Positions 11,976 through 23,569 are shown, numbered from the stretch's first letter. The stretch: DNA of 64,000 bases from Obrimoposthia wandeli (GCA_977020255.1 CDROCS010003418.1:744001-808000); one strand, 5' to 3'. The notes: a model not told the origin generated them from the sequence alone. Made by a program: numbers and translations.

Positions 11976-12159
11976 ATGGAATTTACTCAATTTAAGAAAC
12001 TCGTCACAAGGATAAAGGTGAATATCCGGAAAGATATAAAGACAGGAGACATTCGAAAGAAGATTTTAAATCAAAATTTGTATGCTGCTGTCGCAAAAAA
12101 GTGAAATCGAAAAGTGGAGATTCAGGACAGGAAACTAGCTGAACAAAGAAGGGTACTGG
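11976..12159 (+). pseudogene. Small basic helical protein, homolog of ORF 24240-24428, truncated by LTR copy F
   Basis: MEFTQFKKLVTRIK...KKILNQNLYAAVAKK*NRK aligns with MEFPEMKRLLIQIE...KQILNLNLFKIVKTEWNEK; shared upstream ttcattatt(t)taaaaATGGAAT. Confidence 0.65.
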
Positions 12160-13637
12160 TGTTAGGAGTATAATTTTAATATTTATAGAAAATAATTATT
12201 TATTTATATAGGAAACTAAAACCTTGGAAGCAAAGTTAAAAATAAATTGAAATGGAAATTACAATTAAATATAATAAGATAAAAAGTATTTAGGACCTTG
12301 AAAAGTTCAAGTGTATGATGTGAGATATGTTAAGAGTTTAGGGCCCAAAAAAGATATAATTTGAAGAAGTATTCGTTACTTGAGAAAATCAATTAAGGAT
12401 AGAGAAGTGATTAATTCCGTGAGAACGTGACAGCAGGCAACTGTTTAGAAAACTAAAAGGTAAAAGTAATTTAGAAATTCCATTAATTAATTACTTACCA
12501 TGACAGTGAGAGAAGTGATTAACTCCTTGAGAAAGGGACAGCAGATAACCGTCTAGGAAACTGAAGGAATTTTGCATCAATCAAAAACACAGAACAGGAG
12601 AGTATAAAAAGAGAAAACAAAAAGCTCAAAAAAGAGATAAAGATAAAACAGTCTTACAATCGTCAGAAGAACAAACCAGGCCGAACTTAGAAGATCGATC
12701 AGTGGTGGAATTGACAGAGGTAAGCCACGAAAACGACGTTAGAGGATTTAAGAATAATTACTACTTATCCAGGAAGATTGGCCAGACCGAACAAGCGCGG
12801 ACCACCTGATATTGAAGAAATCGCTGGACAGAAATAGCTCCAACTAAGCGGACGTTTTGAGGACGGTTGGACATAGACGATCAAACGAGGATCCCATTAG
12901 CAATCTACAGTTGATCGAGGTAAGCAGAGTGCACTGTTGAGGAAAATTGTGTAGTCGATCCGTATTATATAAAGTTGAATTTTGAAGTAGATTTGCGAAT
13001 CATATATTTTGAAGTAGATAAAGTAAAATTGTGTATTATAATAAAGTTGAATTTTGGAAGTAGATTTGCGAATCATATATTTTGCAGTAGATAAAGTAAA
13101 TTTGCGTATTATAATAAAGTTGAATTTTGGAAGTAGATTTGCGAATCATATATTTTGAAGTAGAAAAGAAAAATTGCGTATTACATAAAGTTGAATCGAA
13201 ACTGCATTATATCCAATGATATATTTTGAATAATATAAATTGATAAAATTGAATTGAAATTTTGAATTATATAAAGCAGTGTGAGACTTGTTAAAATTGA
13301 AGTTAAAAAAATTATATTTGATTTAAAGATAAGTTGCACTTGATTAAAAGAAATTAAATTTAAAAAAAAAGAGTATAGAACTCGTAAATTGTTAGAATCG
13401 AAGAACTCGTAAATTGTTAAGACCGATTAAAATCGATACGTAAGATATCACCATTTTGTGAAGTTTATTAATTGTTGTAATTTTTAGAAACCTAGTTAGT
13501 GTGAGTTTCGAGAATAAAGTTTTCCTACAATTAAGCAGTTTTGAATTGAACAAAACCCTACAACCGCACGAGCCCCAAACCCCCATACACTACACCACAC
13601 TAAGGGGATTTCCCAGTACCCCGCGCAAAAATACACC
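12160..13637 (+). mobile_element. LTR-like element, family 1 (copy F), 3' truncated
   Basis: Starts TGTTAGG; ggaccttgaaaagttc motif at 12293; ~73-bp tandem array 12971-13195; ttttcctaca...ctacaccacacta core; terminal CCAACA missing. Confidence 0.7.
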
Positions 13638-14070
13638 ATTGACTTTGAGGCTTTCATTGATAAAGATGGAGATTATATTATAAAATAATTATGTATTATT
13701 GATATATGCGATATTTTTCATCCTTTACATTTTATATTTCATGTAGATATCCCGTTTAAGTCTTTAGATTATAAGAAGAAATTTAATAATTTATAACTCA
13801 CTAAATATTTTAATTTATCAAAATGGAAGGAAGGAAGCCTTTTTGCAAAATTTGCATTTTTGATAAAATTAAATCTACCTTTTATATTGAAAATGGATTT
13901 TTTATGTTTTAGGTGAATGTTTGGCCAAAAGTACAAAACATTAAAAAAAGATTGAAAACATCAAAACATTGCATGTGATCATCTATTAAAAATTCCAATA
14001 AATATTTGCTGTCCATATCGTGGTCATGGTGAATATTGCGCAAATAACAAGTGTAGAATGTAGATAAACG
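13638..14070 (+). pseudogene. Polinton-associated ORF remnant with a DxE motif (possible DEDD/RNase H-fold)
   Basis: Reads IDFEAFIDKDGDYIIK*LCIID, then decayed. Resembles from memory a recurrent Polinton accessory ORF; not verified by search. Confidence 0.4.
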
Positions 14071-14268
14071 GTCCTTCAAATTGAAGAAATACAATATATA
14101 AAAATTATTATTTTCAACCAATAAGACATGCAGATAAACAATTCTTCTATTTAAAGGAATAAATTCAATAAAAAATAATATTTTCATTTTATAAGATAAG
14201 ACCATGTGTGCATATATTTTAGTATATAAGCTCTTACTTTTTTCATTTCAATTCCCGAATTTGAAATT

Positions 14269-14400
14269 ATGAATTTGGTAAGAACATTATATATTTTTAT
14301 TATTCATTATTATTTTATTTTTTTAGAATACTTGTATCTGGTTTCCCGCATACTGTGGTGTTTCAGCTGTGGTGTTTCAGTTGGAGAGTGTTTCGTAATA
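14269..14400 (+). pseudogene. Truncated copy of the spliced HRDHL-family gene
   Basis: ATG AAT TTG, intron gtaag..ttag 14278-14326, exon NTCIWFPAYCGVSA matching ITCILFPAYCGASA at 264. Confidence 0.65.
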
Positions 14401-14457
14401 AAATATTTTAAGTAACTTTGTCTTATAAACATTATCCCAATACTAATATTTTTTAAT

Positions 14458-15108
14458 ATGGACTTAAAGAATAATTCGGTTTTTCAAATTGTAGGGCCTA
14501 GTGGTAGTGGGAAAACTCTTTTTATTTGCAAGTTAGTACAAAATAATAAATACTTTAGATTTAAGTTTAATGAGATATATTGGTATCAGGGTGGAGATGG
14601 AGAAACAGGTTTAACCAGTAAAGAGTTTAAGAAAATCAAAAATATAAAAGTCATTAAGGGATTCAATGATAATTGGTCTGAGCGATTACAGCGACATGAT
14701 GTTATTGTAATTGATGACTTGAATCAAGAAGCAAATAAAGAGAATGAATTCAATAATTTATTCACTAAAATAGCCAGACATCGTGAAGTAACTGTTATTT
14801 TCATCACGCAAAATCTATTTCACCAAGGTGGAAATCATAGAACTCGTAATTTAAATGTAAATTACCTTGTTCTCTTTAAGAATCCGCGTGACCAGACTGT
14901 TATTGATTTTGTTGCAAGACAAGCTTACCCGAATAATATAAATTACCTGATTGAAGCATTTCAAGATGCTAATACCATTCCTCACGGGTATATTTTAATT
15001 GATTTTACCCAAGATTATCCTGATGAGCTAAGAGTTAAATCTGATATATTCAACCCATCCGGTATTATCATCTATAAACAATCAAAGAAACCGGTTTCCC
15101 GAAGATGA
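14458..15108 (+). CDS. Polinton A32/FtsK-like DNA packaging ATPase (open, 216 aa)
   Basis: Walker A GPSGSGKT, Walker B VIVIDD, IFITQNLF, RNLNVNYLVLFKNPRD. Confidence 0.95.
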   Translation: MDLKNNSVFQIVGPSGSGKTLFICKLVQNNKYFRFKFNEIYWYQGGDGETGLTSKEFKKIKNIKVIKGFNDNWSERLQRHDVIVIDDLNQEANKENEFNNLFTKIARHREVTVIFITQNLFHQGGNHRTRNLNVNYLVLFKNPRDQTVIDFVARQAYPNNINYLIEAFQDANTIPHGYILIDFTQDYPDELRVKSDIFNPSGIIIYKQSKKPVSRR

Positions 15109-15520
15109 GTTTTAAAAAGGAAGTTATTAAATCTGAAGTCAAGAAATTGATTAAATCGGTTTTAAGAGCAAGGAAAATGGTTGCTAAACAATCAAATAAT
15201 AAGAAATCTAGGAGTATTCCATATTTCAATTCTCTTATGGAGGCGCCCGCTATTCGACGTCTGACTATTCTTAAATCATTTCCTACTTTTGTAATATATG
15301 ATTTACTTAATATGGTACAGAAAATAGTTTCCTGTAAGGTATCCGTTAAGATTAAAATGAATCGGCATAAGAAACCTCTTCATACCTTAAGCTAAAACAC
15401 AAGCCGTGAAACGTAAGTTGCTGTATAAGCAAAGCAGATGATTTTTATGATTTCTAGAACTGATTGTTAGCTCAATAGTTGGTGCACTCGCTAGCAGATT
15501 AATAAAATGATGATTATAAA
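15105..15520 (+). pseudogene. Basic Polinton ORF of unknown function
   Basis: Start overlaps the ATPase stop (ATGA); ORF 15105-15395 followed by a frameshifted continuation. Confidence 0.5.
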
Positions 15521-15607
15521 CATGAATTTTAATCAATAAAATGAATTTTATGGGATTGCTTCCAACTATTCCTAAAATAAATATAAACATCAGATCAAAT
15601 TGTTGTA

Positions 15608-16584
15608 ATGGAGAAAGTATGGTTCGATCCAAGTCATCCCTTTGGTTACACCGGAGTTTCAAAATTGGCAAGTGAGGCAAGGAAAGGGAAAAGGAAACTC
15701 AGACGTGGTTGAACAAGCAATTAGCTTACAGCTTAAACAAACCGATGAGACGCCGGTTTCCAACGAGATCATACAGGACGAGCGGCCCGAATTATTTATG
15801 ACAAGCTGATTTGATGGAAATGATACCATATGCGAGTATTAACGATGGATATAGATATATATTTAACTTGTGTTGATGTCTTTAGTAGATTTGCACGAGC
15901 TATACCCCTAAAGTCTAAGTCCGCTAATGATTAAAGAAATAAAACCAATAAATTTCCAAACGGATTTTTACGGAAAGGAATTTTATAATCAACATGTTGG
16001 AGCTTTATTTAAAAAACATAATATTACTCATTACTCAGTGTTTACCCAATATAAAGCCGCCTTAGTTGAACGTTTTAATCGGACATTGAGAGATCGATTA
16101 AAAAAGTATTTCACTAAGCAGGGAAATAAGATCTGGATCGACGTTTTACCGAATATAATTAATGCATATAACCATAGCGAACTTTAGATAGAAAGATACC
16201 TGCTGATGTTACGGATGAGATGCTATGGAAATTTGGCAACGCCGTAATCAGAGTCAAGTTGTTAAGAAACCCAAGTATATTGGTGATTATGTACGTATAT
16301 CTCAAATTAGTACTACTCCTTTTATAAAGAATTTCAAAGATAATTGGAGTGATGAAGTATTTCGTATAATTAAAATCGATAGAAAACATGCTCCGGTAAT
16401 GTATTTCATTGATGATGAAACCAATAATGAAATCAGTGGCAAATCTTATAATGAAGAATTACAAGTCTTGCCCGAGAAACCGAATGTATATAGAATTCAG
16501 GAAATCTTGAAGACAAAAGGGTGGGGAAAGCATAAACAATATCAAGTTAAGTGGCATGATATAGCGAACCTAGTTGGATATTAG
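15608..16584 (+). pseudogene. Polinton retroviral-type integrase with C-terminal chromodomain
   Basis: VWFDPSHPFGYTG, NYL*QADLMEM, QTD..GKEFYN, ALVERFNRTLR, NAYNHS, and YRIQEILKTKG..QYQVKW; frameshifts present. Confidence 0.92.
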
Positions 16585-16597
16585 CTTCTTAAATAGA

Positions 16598-17621
16598 ATG
16601 AATTCGATGTATGTTGTATTACAGAGTAACGGATCTCCATTAACTCAACCTAATAACAGTGCTAATCATTTTAGTATTGTTTATCAGAGCTCAATCAATT
16701 TACCAGGTCAATGGGAGGCTGCCCTTACTGAATTTTCTTTCAATTACTCGCCTCTATCAATTCAAAATGGAACTGAGATTGATTATATTACTTAACAAGA
16801 AGTTGAGAAAGTAACTAATGTTACTTTACTATTTTATATGAGGCAAATAGATTTGAGCCGTATTAAGGCGGGAGATGATTTCACAATATTTTTAAATAAA
16901 GAGAATCGAATTCAAATTGCAGGACAAGGAGATAATTTTGAAATAGTTTTTAATGATGAGATTATTGCGGAACGATATGGATTTCCGTCTAAACCTAATG
17001 AAGGAAAATTTTATGTTTCAGGAATTATGGATAATCATATTAATTACCCAATACTTACTTTCAAGATAAAAAACAATATCACTAAGCGCAAGAGGAAAAT
17101 ATATTCAGTTCCCAATTATTTTCTTTTTCCGGATAGTGAAAGCATGTGTAAACGTTTTAAAACCATGTTACCAGATGTATTTGAAAACTTTAAACTAGTC
17201 AATAAATTGATTCAATTCAAATTGAAAGCATATATTGAAAAAGTTATCATGGATAAAACATTAGCCACAATTATTGGTTTTGATGAAAATGAATTTGAAA
17301 ATGAAAATATTGTTTTCAAAGCAAAGATTATTCCTAAAATAACTAATGCATATAATCAGATTTATATCTACACTAGTATTACTGAACCAATATTCGTAGG
17401 AGGAACTAAACTCCCATTAATAAAAGCAATTGGGGTTCAGCAGGAAAGAGCACAAGTATAGGGATATCATACATATTCCAATTGAGAATCCAATGTATAT
17501 TCCAGTGAGTTATTCTTCTATAAACTATATTGAAGTTAACATACGCAATGATTCCGGAAGATTAATTACATTTGCTTACGGTGCTAAAACAAGTTTAACA
17601 ATTCATTTTCGTAAATTATGA
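16598..17621 (+). pseudogene. Polinton minor capsid (penton-like) protein
   Basis: MYVVLQSNGS..NNSANHF..LPGQWEAALTEF at the N-terminus; YIYTSITEPIFVGGTKLPL and IEVNIRNDSG..SLTIHFRK at the C-terminus; split by a stop and a frameshift. Confidence 0.85.
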
Positions 17622-17980
17622 TTGATTAAAGTATAATCAATGCGTATAGTAAACCTATGCAAGGAGGCGATTTGCCTTATTTTGTCGGGAAACAGTATGG
17701 ATCCGGATGGATGAAGGTTTTAGGACGTTTTGCTTTCCCTCTACTCCAACGACTTGGGAAATTTATAGGTAATGCCGGATTAAAATACTTGTCCAGTGAT
17801 GAGAAATTACTTCTAACGCTCAAACGTGCAGCCATTGACCAGGTGAATGAAATTTTGCCCAATCTAGCTAAATATTTGATAAAGAAAACTGAAAAGGAAA
17901 GTGGTTATAAACGTAAGAAAACTTCTAAAGTCTTTGGTATAAACAAACGTCTGAAACCAGGAAAAACAATTTTTAAGTAA
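17618..17980 (+). CDS. Small Gly-rich/amphipathic Polinton protein between the capsid genes
   Basis: MQGGDLPYFVGKQYGSGWMKVLGRFAFPLLQRLG with a basic tail; homolog at 56670-57030. Confidence 0.7.
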
Positions 17981-19211
17981 TGAGTTGTGCTAAAACTGAA
18001 TTGTGTATATTCGATAAACCTATACCTCAGGTGGTGTTTGATAGTGCTTGTTTTGAGGAAATTTTCCCAATAAATACGGTTAGTGGTGCATCGTATCCTG
18101 ATTTGGAATTAAATATAAATGGATCCAATACCCAATATCTTGATTTTAATAAATAGTTTATTGCTTGTTAAATTGAAAGTTACAAAGGAAGGAGGAGGTG
18201 ATCTGGATGATGCTACGGATATCAAATCAGCTAATTTCATGTTTCATACTCTTTTCGAGGACGTGATTCTCAGTCTGAATAATGTGAAAGTTGAGGGTAA
18301 TAATACGAGTTACAACCATACAGCGATGATTGAAACATTACTGAATTACGGTAATGATACTAAATTGATTAATCTTAATCCAATTAGTTTTGATGATAGT
18401 AAGAAAGAAGAAAAGCTTGGATTGCAAAATCAAAAGTATTATCACTTTGCAAGAGTCTCCATTTGAATTTCTTTAAGCAACCAAAGTATCTTTTACCTGG
18501 TGTAAGTGCACATATTCGAATGAAGAGAAATTCAGTAGGTTATAGTGTTGTTTGCGCTGATACTATTAAATCAGCAATTGAGATTATGGAAGCAAAGTTA
18601 CTGATTCGTAGAGTAAAGATGGAACCATCCGTACTCTTTTGGCATATAATAGGGTTAGAGAAGCAGAATGCATGTTATCCTATACGAAAAACTAATCTTG
18701 ATTCTCATGCTATCCCTACAGGAGCACTCTCTTATTACAAGGATCAGGTTTTCGGGGATATGCAGCTCCCAAACTTTGTTTTAATTGCTTTCCAAAAAAC
18801 ACTTCCACCTATGGAGGTGACTCTAAAAATGAGGTTTCTCAATTTGGACATATGAATGTGAATTCAATCAAACTAGCACGAAATATCGATTATCAAGAAA
18901 CTTATACGAATAACTTTGAAATTAATGATAATGTGTTTTCTTACGTGTAATCTTTAATTAGAAATCTTGGTCACTTGGATAAGGATGCTAATGTTAGTAT
19001 TTCAATGACCGATTTTAAGGACAAGTATACGCTGTTCGCATTTGTTCTCTCTCCTGATTTCAATATTAATCAAACTCAAATTCCTAAACAGGGAAATTTG
19101 AAAGTAGAAATCAAGTTTACGAAACCATTTGAACAACCTACGAATATTATAATCTATGGAGTATTTGATTCTGAGGTGCAAATTACCAAGGCGGGTACCG
19201 TACTAGTCTAA
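17980..19211 (+). pseudogene. Polinton major capsid protein (double jelly-roll type)
   Basis: KTELCIFDKP, HTLFEDVILSLNN, IETLLNYG, KYLLPGVS, LPNFVLIAF, YTLFAFVLSPD, GNLKVEIKF, IIIYGVFD; several frameshifts. Confidence 0.9.
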
Positions 19212-19239
19212 ACAGAATGACGATAGCAAGAAAACATAA

Positions 19240-19645
19240 ATGAAGTAAATCAGTTTGAATTAATTAATTAATATATAATCTAGTTCGCTCAAGATAACAA
19301 AAAGAGGGAGAAAACTACTCGGTTCGCGTTTCAATGGAGTCTACAGTCTCGATTATATACCCTCATTAACTCGCCCAGGTGGATATGTGATCAATACACA
19401 TTCATCTAATTTGCGTAGAGAACATTGGATTGCAACACATGTTAAAGAAAAATAAATATTTGTTTTTGACCCCTATGGGGTATATTACCCATTTAAATTA
19501 GTATCTACAGTACTTGACTCTGGAAAGAAAGTATATTTTAGTAAGAAACATTATCAGAATGCTTATTAAGAGAAACATTATTATAAGAAAAATTATTATC
19601 ATGTGGACAACTCTGTCTATTATGGTTAAAGCATAAACAATTTTA
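19240..19645 (+). pseudogene. Adenain-like cysteine protease
   Basis: FNGVYSLDYIP, YVINTHSSN..EHWIA (catalytic His), FDPYG, HYQN, and SCGQLCL (catalytic Cys). Confidence 0.85.
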
Positions 19646-20343
19646 AATAAAACGAATTGATTAAAATTGATTAAAATTGTTTGTTTATTTTATTGATTTT
19701 GAAACTTTCAACGGGTCAAATAATGAATTCCTTATGAAGGAGTTGTGCATAATGAATGTGGATAATATTTTATTTCCTGAGCATTATGTTTTTAAAATGC
19801 TTCCTATATGGTCTATAATGAGTGGAAAATCTAGAAAATAAATAGATATCTCATTAAGCATCACCATCGAATAAATCTAGCTGATGGGGATAGTTATTTT
19901 AGGATAAACGAAATAACTGAAAAAATTAAAAGTCAATGTAATGTATCCAAAACAATTTTCTTTGTTTTGGATGAATATGATGGTGCTAAAATAAAGACAA
20001 TCAATAAATATTTTCCCGAATTTAGACTCGTAAATTACTCTAAAACGTTGAAACAGCTATCCCCCATTCCCCCAACTATTAGTTGCCCATATATTGAGCA
20101 CGGGGAGCATTATGCATACAAGAAATGCTTTGCGATTAGTTTGGATTATTTAAACTACTTACAATAGAAAAGCAATATTAAAGAAAAATATGCTACTTAC
20201 AAGTAAAATCAGCATTTTCTATTAAAATTTACTGATTGGATTGAGAGTTTTGAATCAATATCATTAGATAAATACTACTTTGAAAATAGTATATAATGAA
20301 GCAGGATTAATTTAATAAATCCCTTTTATAAACGATATCGAGA

Positions 20344-20885
20344 ATGGTAAGAATTTTGGTTTATTTTTGATTATTTTTTAGAACTGTAACATAAACAAGC
20401 AACTATGCTATAAAGTAAGGCATGTGGATTGCCGAAGAAGAATGGAGGAGTACTTCAAGAAGAAATTCAACGGACATACATATTATATATGTTCAATATG
20501 TCAAACGAGTTAGGAAGTGGATTGGATCAGCTTCTGCGATAGACATCGAGACCATTTAGCCCACTTTCAGAAGATTGGGAAAATGGCGATTTTCAAGAAA
20601 TGTCCACAAAGCAGTATGTCTTTTTATGGACAATCTACTGGAGCTCCTTCTACCGCCTCAACATCAGCTGCTGCTGCTCCTGCTTTACCATTAGCTGTTG
20701 GTATGCCTATGGCGGTGTCTACACCATTAGGTAGCACCGTCGGTGGTTCTGGTCCACCTATGCCTAGTTTAGCGGGGATGTCTACATCCGCCGGTGTTAG
20801 GAAGCGGAATATGCCGCTAGTTGGAGGAGACTTAGGGAAGCAGGGAAGAATGGGGAATGTGGTTAAGAAGTGGGGCTTGAATTGA
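20344..20885 (+). pseudogene. Spliced HRDHL-family gene with an internal TAG at 20511-20513
   Basis: ATG, then intron 20347-20381, then NCNINKQLCYKVRHVDCRRRMEEYFKKKFNGHTYYICSICQTS*EVDWISFCDRHRDHLAHFQ and an Ala/Pro/Ser-rich tail. Confidence 0.7.
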
Positions 20886-20889
20886 GTTT

Positions 20890-23412
20890 ATTGCTCGCTT
20901 TCATTAGATGTGAGAAATAGGGATTTGGTAAATATCATAGTCCTGCAGGATCTTCTGGATGCCATAAGAGAAGTTGTAAATCAGTTTGAAAGCTGTAAAA
21001 TTCAGTTTGGGGCTAAGGTACAGTTCTCGAATGAGACTGATACTAAGCAATGTGTTGTTTCCAATAAAGCAATCCCTTTTTTCTCCATCGTTTCTTAAAG
21101 ATGGATCCGCGTTACTGGCTTCGAAACTCGAGCAGTATTCAGAGCGCGGTAGTAACTGGTCTGTGGATCAGTTACTGGAGATTTACTTCACGGTTACCAA
21201 GACTAGAGAAATTAATTACCTGCAAGGGAATTCATATATTCTTTCTCCGGAAGGTATTGTTAATGCGGTAATCAATGTCAGAAATATAGGGAATAATTTA
21301 TGTTTCATGTTTAGTATTTTAGCTATTTTGAAACGTAATTTATTCCCTAGAAATAGACATAGGCTTCAAGCGTATGAACCCAAACCCCTGAAATTAGGCA
21401 ATATTCCGCGCTTTGAGAGTGAAAACTCGGAACTGTCTATCAATGTTTTCACCTACAATTATATAGGGAATTTTCCGCTTGGAACGGAAATTTATAAAAA
21501 TCCATATATTGATATGATTTCCCGTAGTAAGAATTCAGGAGGCCAGCTCATAAATCTAATTCTTTTGGAGGATAATGATAGGTTTCATTATGTCGCAGTT
21601 CCTGACTTGAATAGGCTTTTAAATGTTCGTCGGAGTTTTTCACCCATTATCCATTGTAAGTGGTGCCATAAGTGTTTGCACGGTTTTAGGTGCACCGAAT
21701 CATTTGATAAGCAAGTTCCACTATGCACCGGGAATATCGAGAATACTACGCTGTATACAATGCCTGAGGAGAAACATATACAGTTTATGGATTTTTCAAA
21801 AACTATTTCTCCTCTGTATGTTATATATGCTGATTTCGAGGCGTTGTTTACCCCTCATGGCATTCATCATCAGCAGCATCTCCCAATATCAGCGGGTATG
21901 CTGTTATCATCAATAAGAGCTGGTCCAATGCAAGATTACTCTTTTTTCACCGGGGAAAAATGTGTAGTGGATTTTCTGAAGAATATCGAGACCATCGCAA
22001 AGGAGACTGTTCTTCCGTGGTATAATCAAACAAGTTCTGTGTCTTGGTGGATTCGATACTCAGGTGATCTGCAATTTGCATTATCACTTGAAGACGACAA
22101 AAGAGCCAGGGACGAAATTGAACATCACAATGAAGAATGTAACAATGAAGAACTACAAACAGTTATGCGGCAGCTAACATCAGTGCAGCTGGCTAGTTAC
22201 AATGCTGCAACTACTTGTTATCTCTGCAAGAAACGTTGCGTTGGAAAGGTTAGGTTTCACGACCATATAAGCAGTGAATTCTTAGGTGCTGCTCACTCTA
22301 GGTGTAATTTATCCCGCTGGATAAGTCGTGTTCTCCCAGTAGTTTTCCATAACCTGAGAGGATATGACATGCATCATATTCTGAAACATACCTTGAGCAA
22401 ATTCCTGCACTGGTCCATTGGTATCATTCCCCAAACTAGCGAGAAGTTCCAGGCAATTATTGTGCGCTTCGACGGGATTATTGTCAAATTCATCGTTTCG
22501 CTGCAGTTCCTGAATGCCAGCCTCGACCAGCTAGTGAAGAATGTTGCAGATGTTCCTATTACGAAGACAGTATTCCCGGCTCATCTCATAGGAGAAAAAG
22601 GGATATTTCCATACGACATGGCATATCAGAGACTGCTTTCAGAAACATTAGCAGTCTACCGCCTAAATGGAAATCAGAAATCACAGACGTCCAATATGAA
22701 CTCACGAAGAAGGTGTGACTCGAGATGGGGTGTACATCACTTTGGGATTATATGATCCATTACCTGAAGCTGGATGTCTAACGTTTCGCTGATGTCTTCT
22801 CAGCATTCCGGTAAAAGGCGATTGATGAAGACGGGCTGGGGTCTCTGAACTTCTTCTCATTACCAGGTTAGTAATTATGATTTACTTAAAGTTTTTCATC
22901 AAGTTTTTGAAATTTAATTGATTTAGTTAAAGTTTTCAATAATTAAGTATTCACAATTTAATTGATTAAAGTTTTTTCATTAAAATTTCTAAATTTAATT
23001 CATTTTATCATTACAAGTATCAGTTTTGCTAGCGCCTTCAAGTCGCTTCTCTTAATATCGTACAGTGCAAGCGGACAATCAACTAAAAGGGTGGAGCTGA
23101 TTCAAGATCCTGAAATGCACAAGCTGTTTACGCACGTAATATGGAGTGGGATAACTTTGTAAACATGCATAAAGTGGATTTATCAGACGGGAATTTCATT
23201 CTGTATATAGACATCAATAATTTGTATGGGTGATCCATGTCCCAATATCTTCCAGTAGGTAATTTTCAGTGGGTATTAGATCAGACTGAATTAGGGGAGA
23301 TAATTAGCTATTTTGGGAAAGTAGATTTATCGTGTAGCAAGTATGCTCATTTACTTGAAATAGATTTAAGCATTCTTAATCATTTACATGATTTCATCGA
23401 CGATCTCCCTTT
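20890..23412 (+). pseudogene. Protein-primed family B DNA polymerase with an endonuclease VII-like Zn domain, 3' truncated
   Basis: YADFEAL (exo I), CYLCKK..FHDHISSEFLGAAHSRCNL, VFHNLRGYDMH (exo II), KGIFPYD, YLKLDV, and YIDINNLYG*SMSQYLP (motif A). Confidence 0.93.
22030..22159 (+). repeat. 130-bp segment identical except one base to 26719-26848
   Basis: Direct comparison shows only gtcttggtgg vs gtctcggtgg differs; flanked by caaaca at 22027-22032 and 22156-22161. Confidence 0.95.
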
Positions 23413-23569
23413 ATAAAATTAAAACAGTCAATAAATAGTTTAAAGTCAATATTTAAAAAAAAACAATTTTAGAAATAGATACATATGAAATATAGTATTA
23501 TAAAATTAAAATAGTCAATAAAAAGTTAAGACAATAATTTTAAAAACCAATATTTATTGATAAAAGGAG

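Larger units (their letters stand above)
13638..23412 (+). mobile_element. Polinton/Maverick (adintovirus-like) endogenous element, decayed, termini not visible
   Basis: Colinear same-strand ATPase, integrase, minor capsid, major capsid, adenain and pPolB, with stop/start overlaps (ATGA at 15105 and 17618, TAATGA at 17978). Confidence 0.93.

Noticed and set aside
15018-15050. ctgatgag as a hammerhead core
   Set aside because: It lies inside the ATPase coding sequence with no stem II or GAAA.
21623-21916. Short alternative-frame or antisense ORFs over PolB, gag and other elements throughout the ORF track
   Set aside because: They overlap better-supported genes, have no motifs, and are of the length expected by chance.
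14458-22755. TAA/TAG reassigned to Gln or Glu to explain aligned stops
   Set aside because: Long ORFs (216-aa ATPase, 589-aa PolB segment, 221-aa RT) contain many Gln and Glu and no in-frame TAA/TAG, which is not expected in AT-rich DNA under reassignment.
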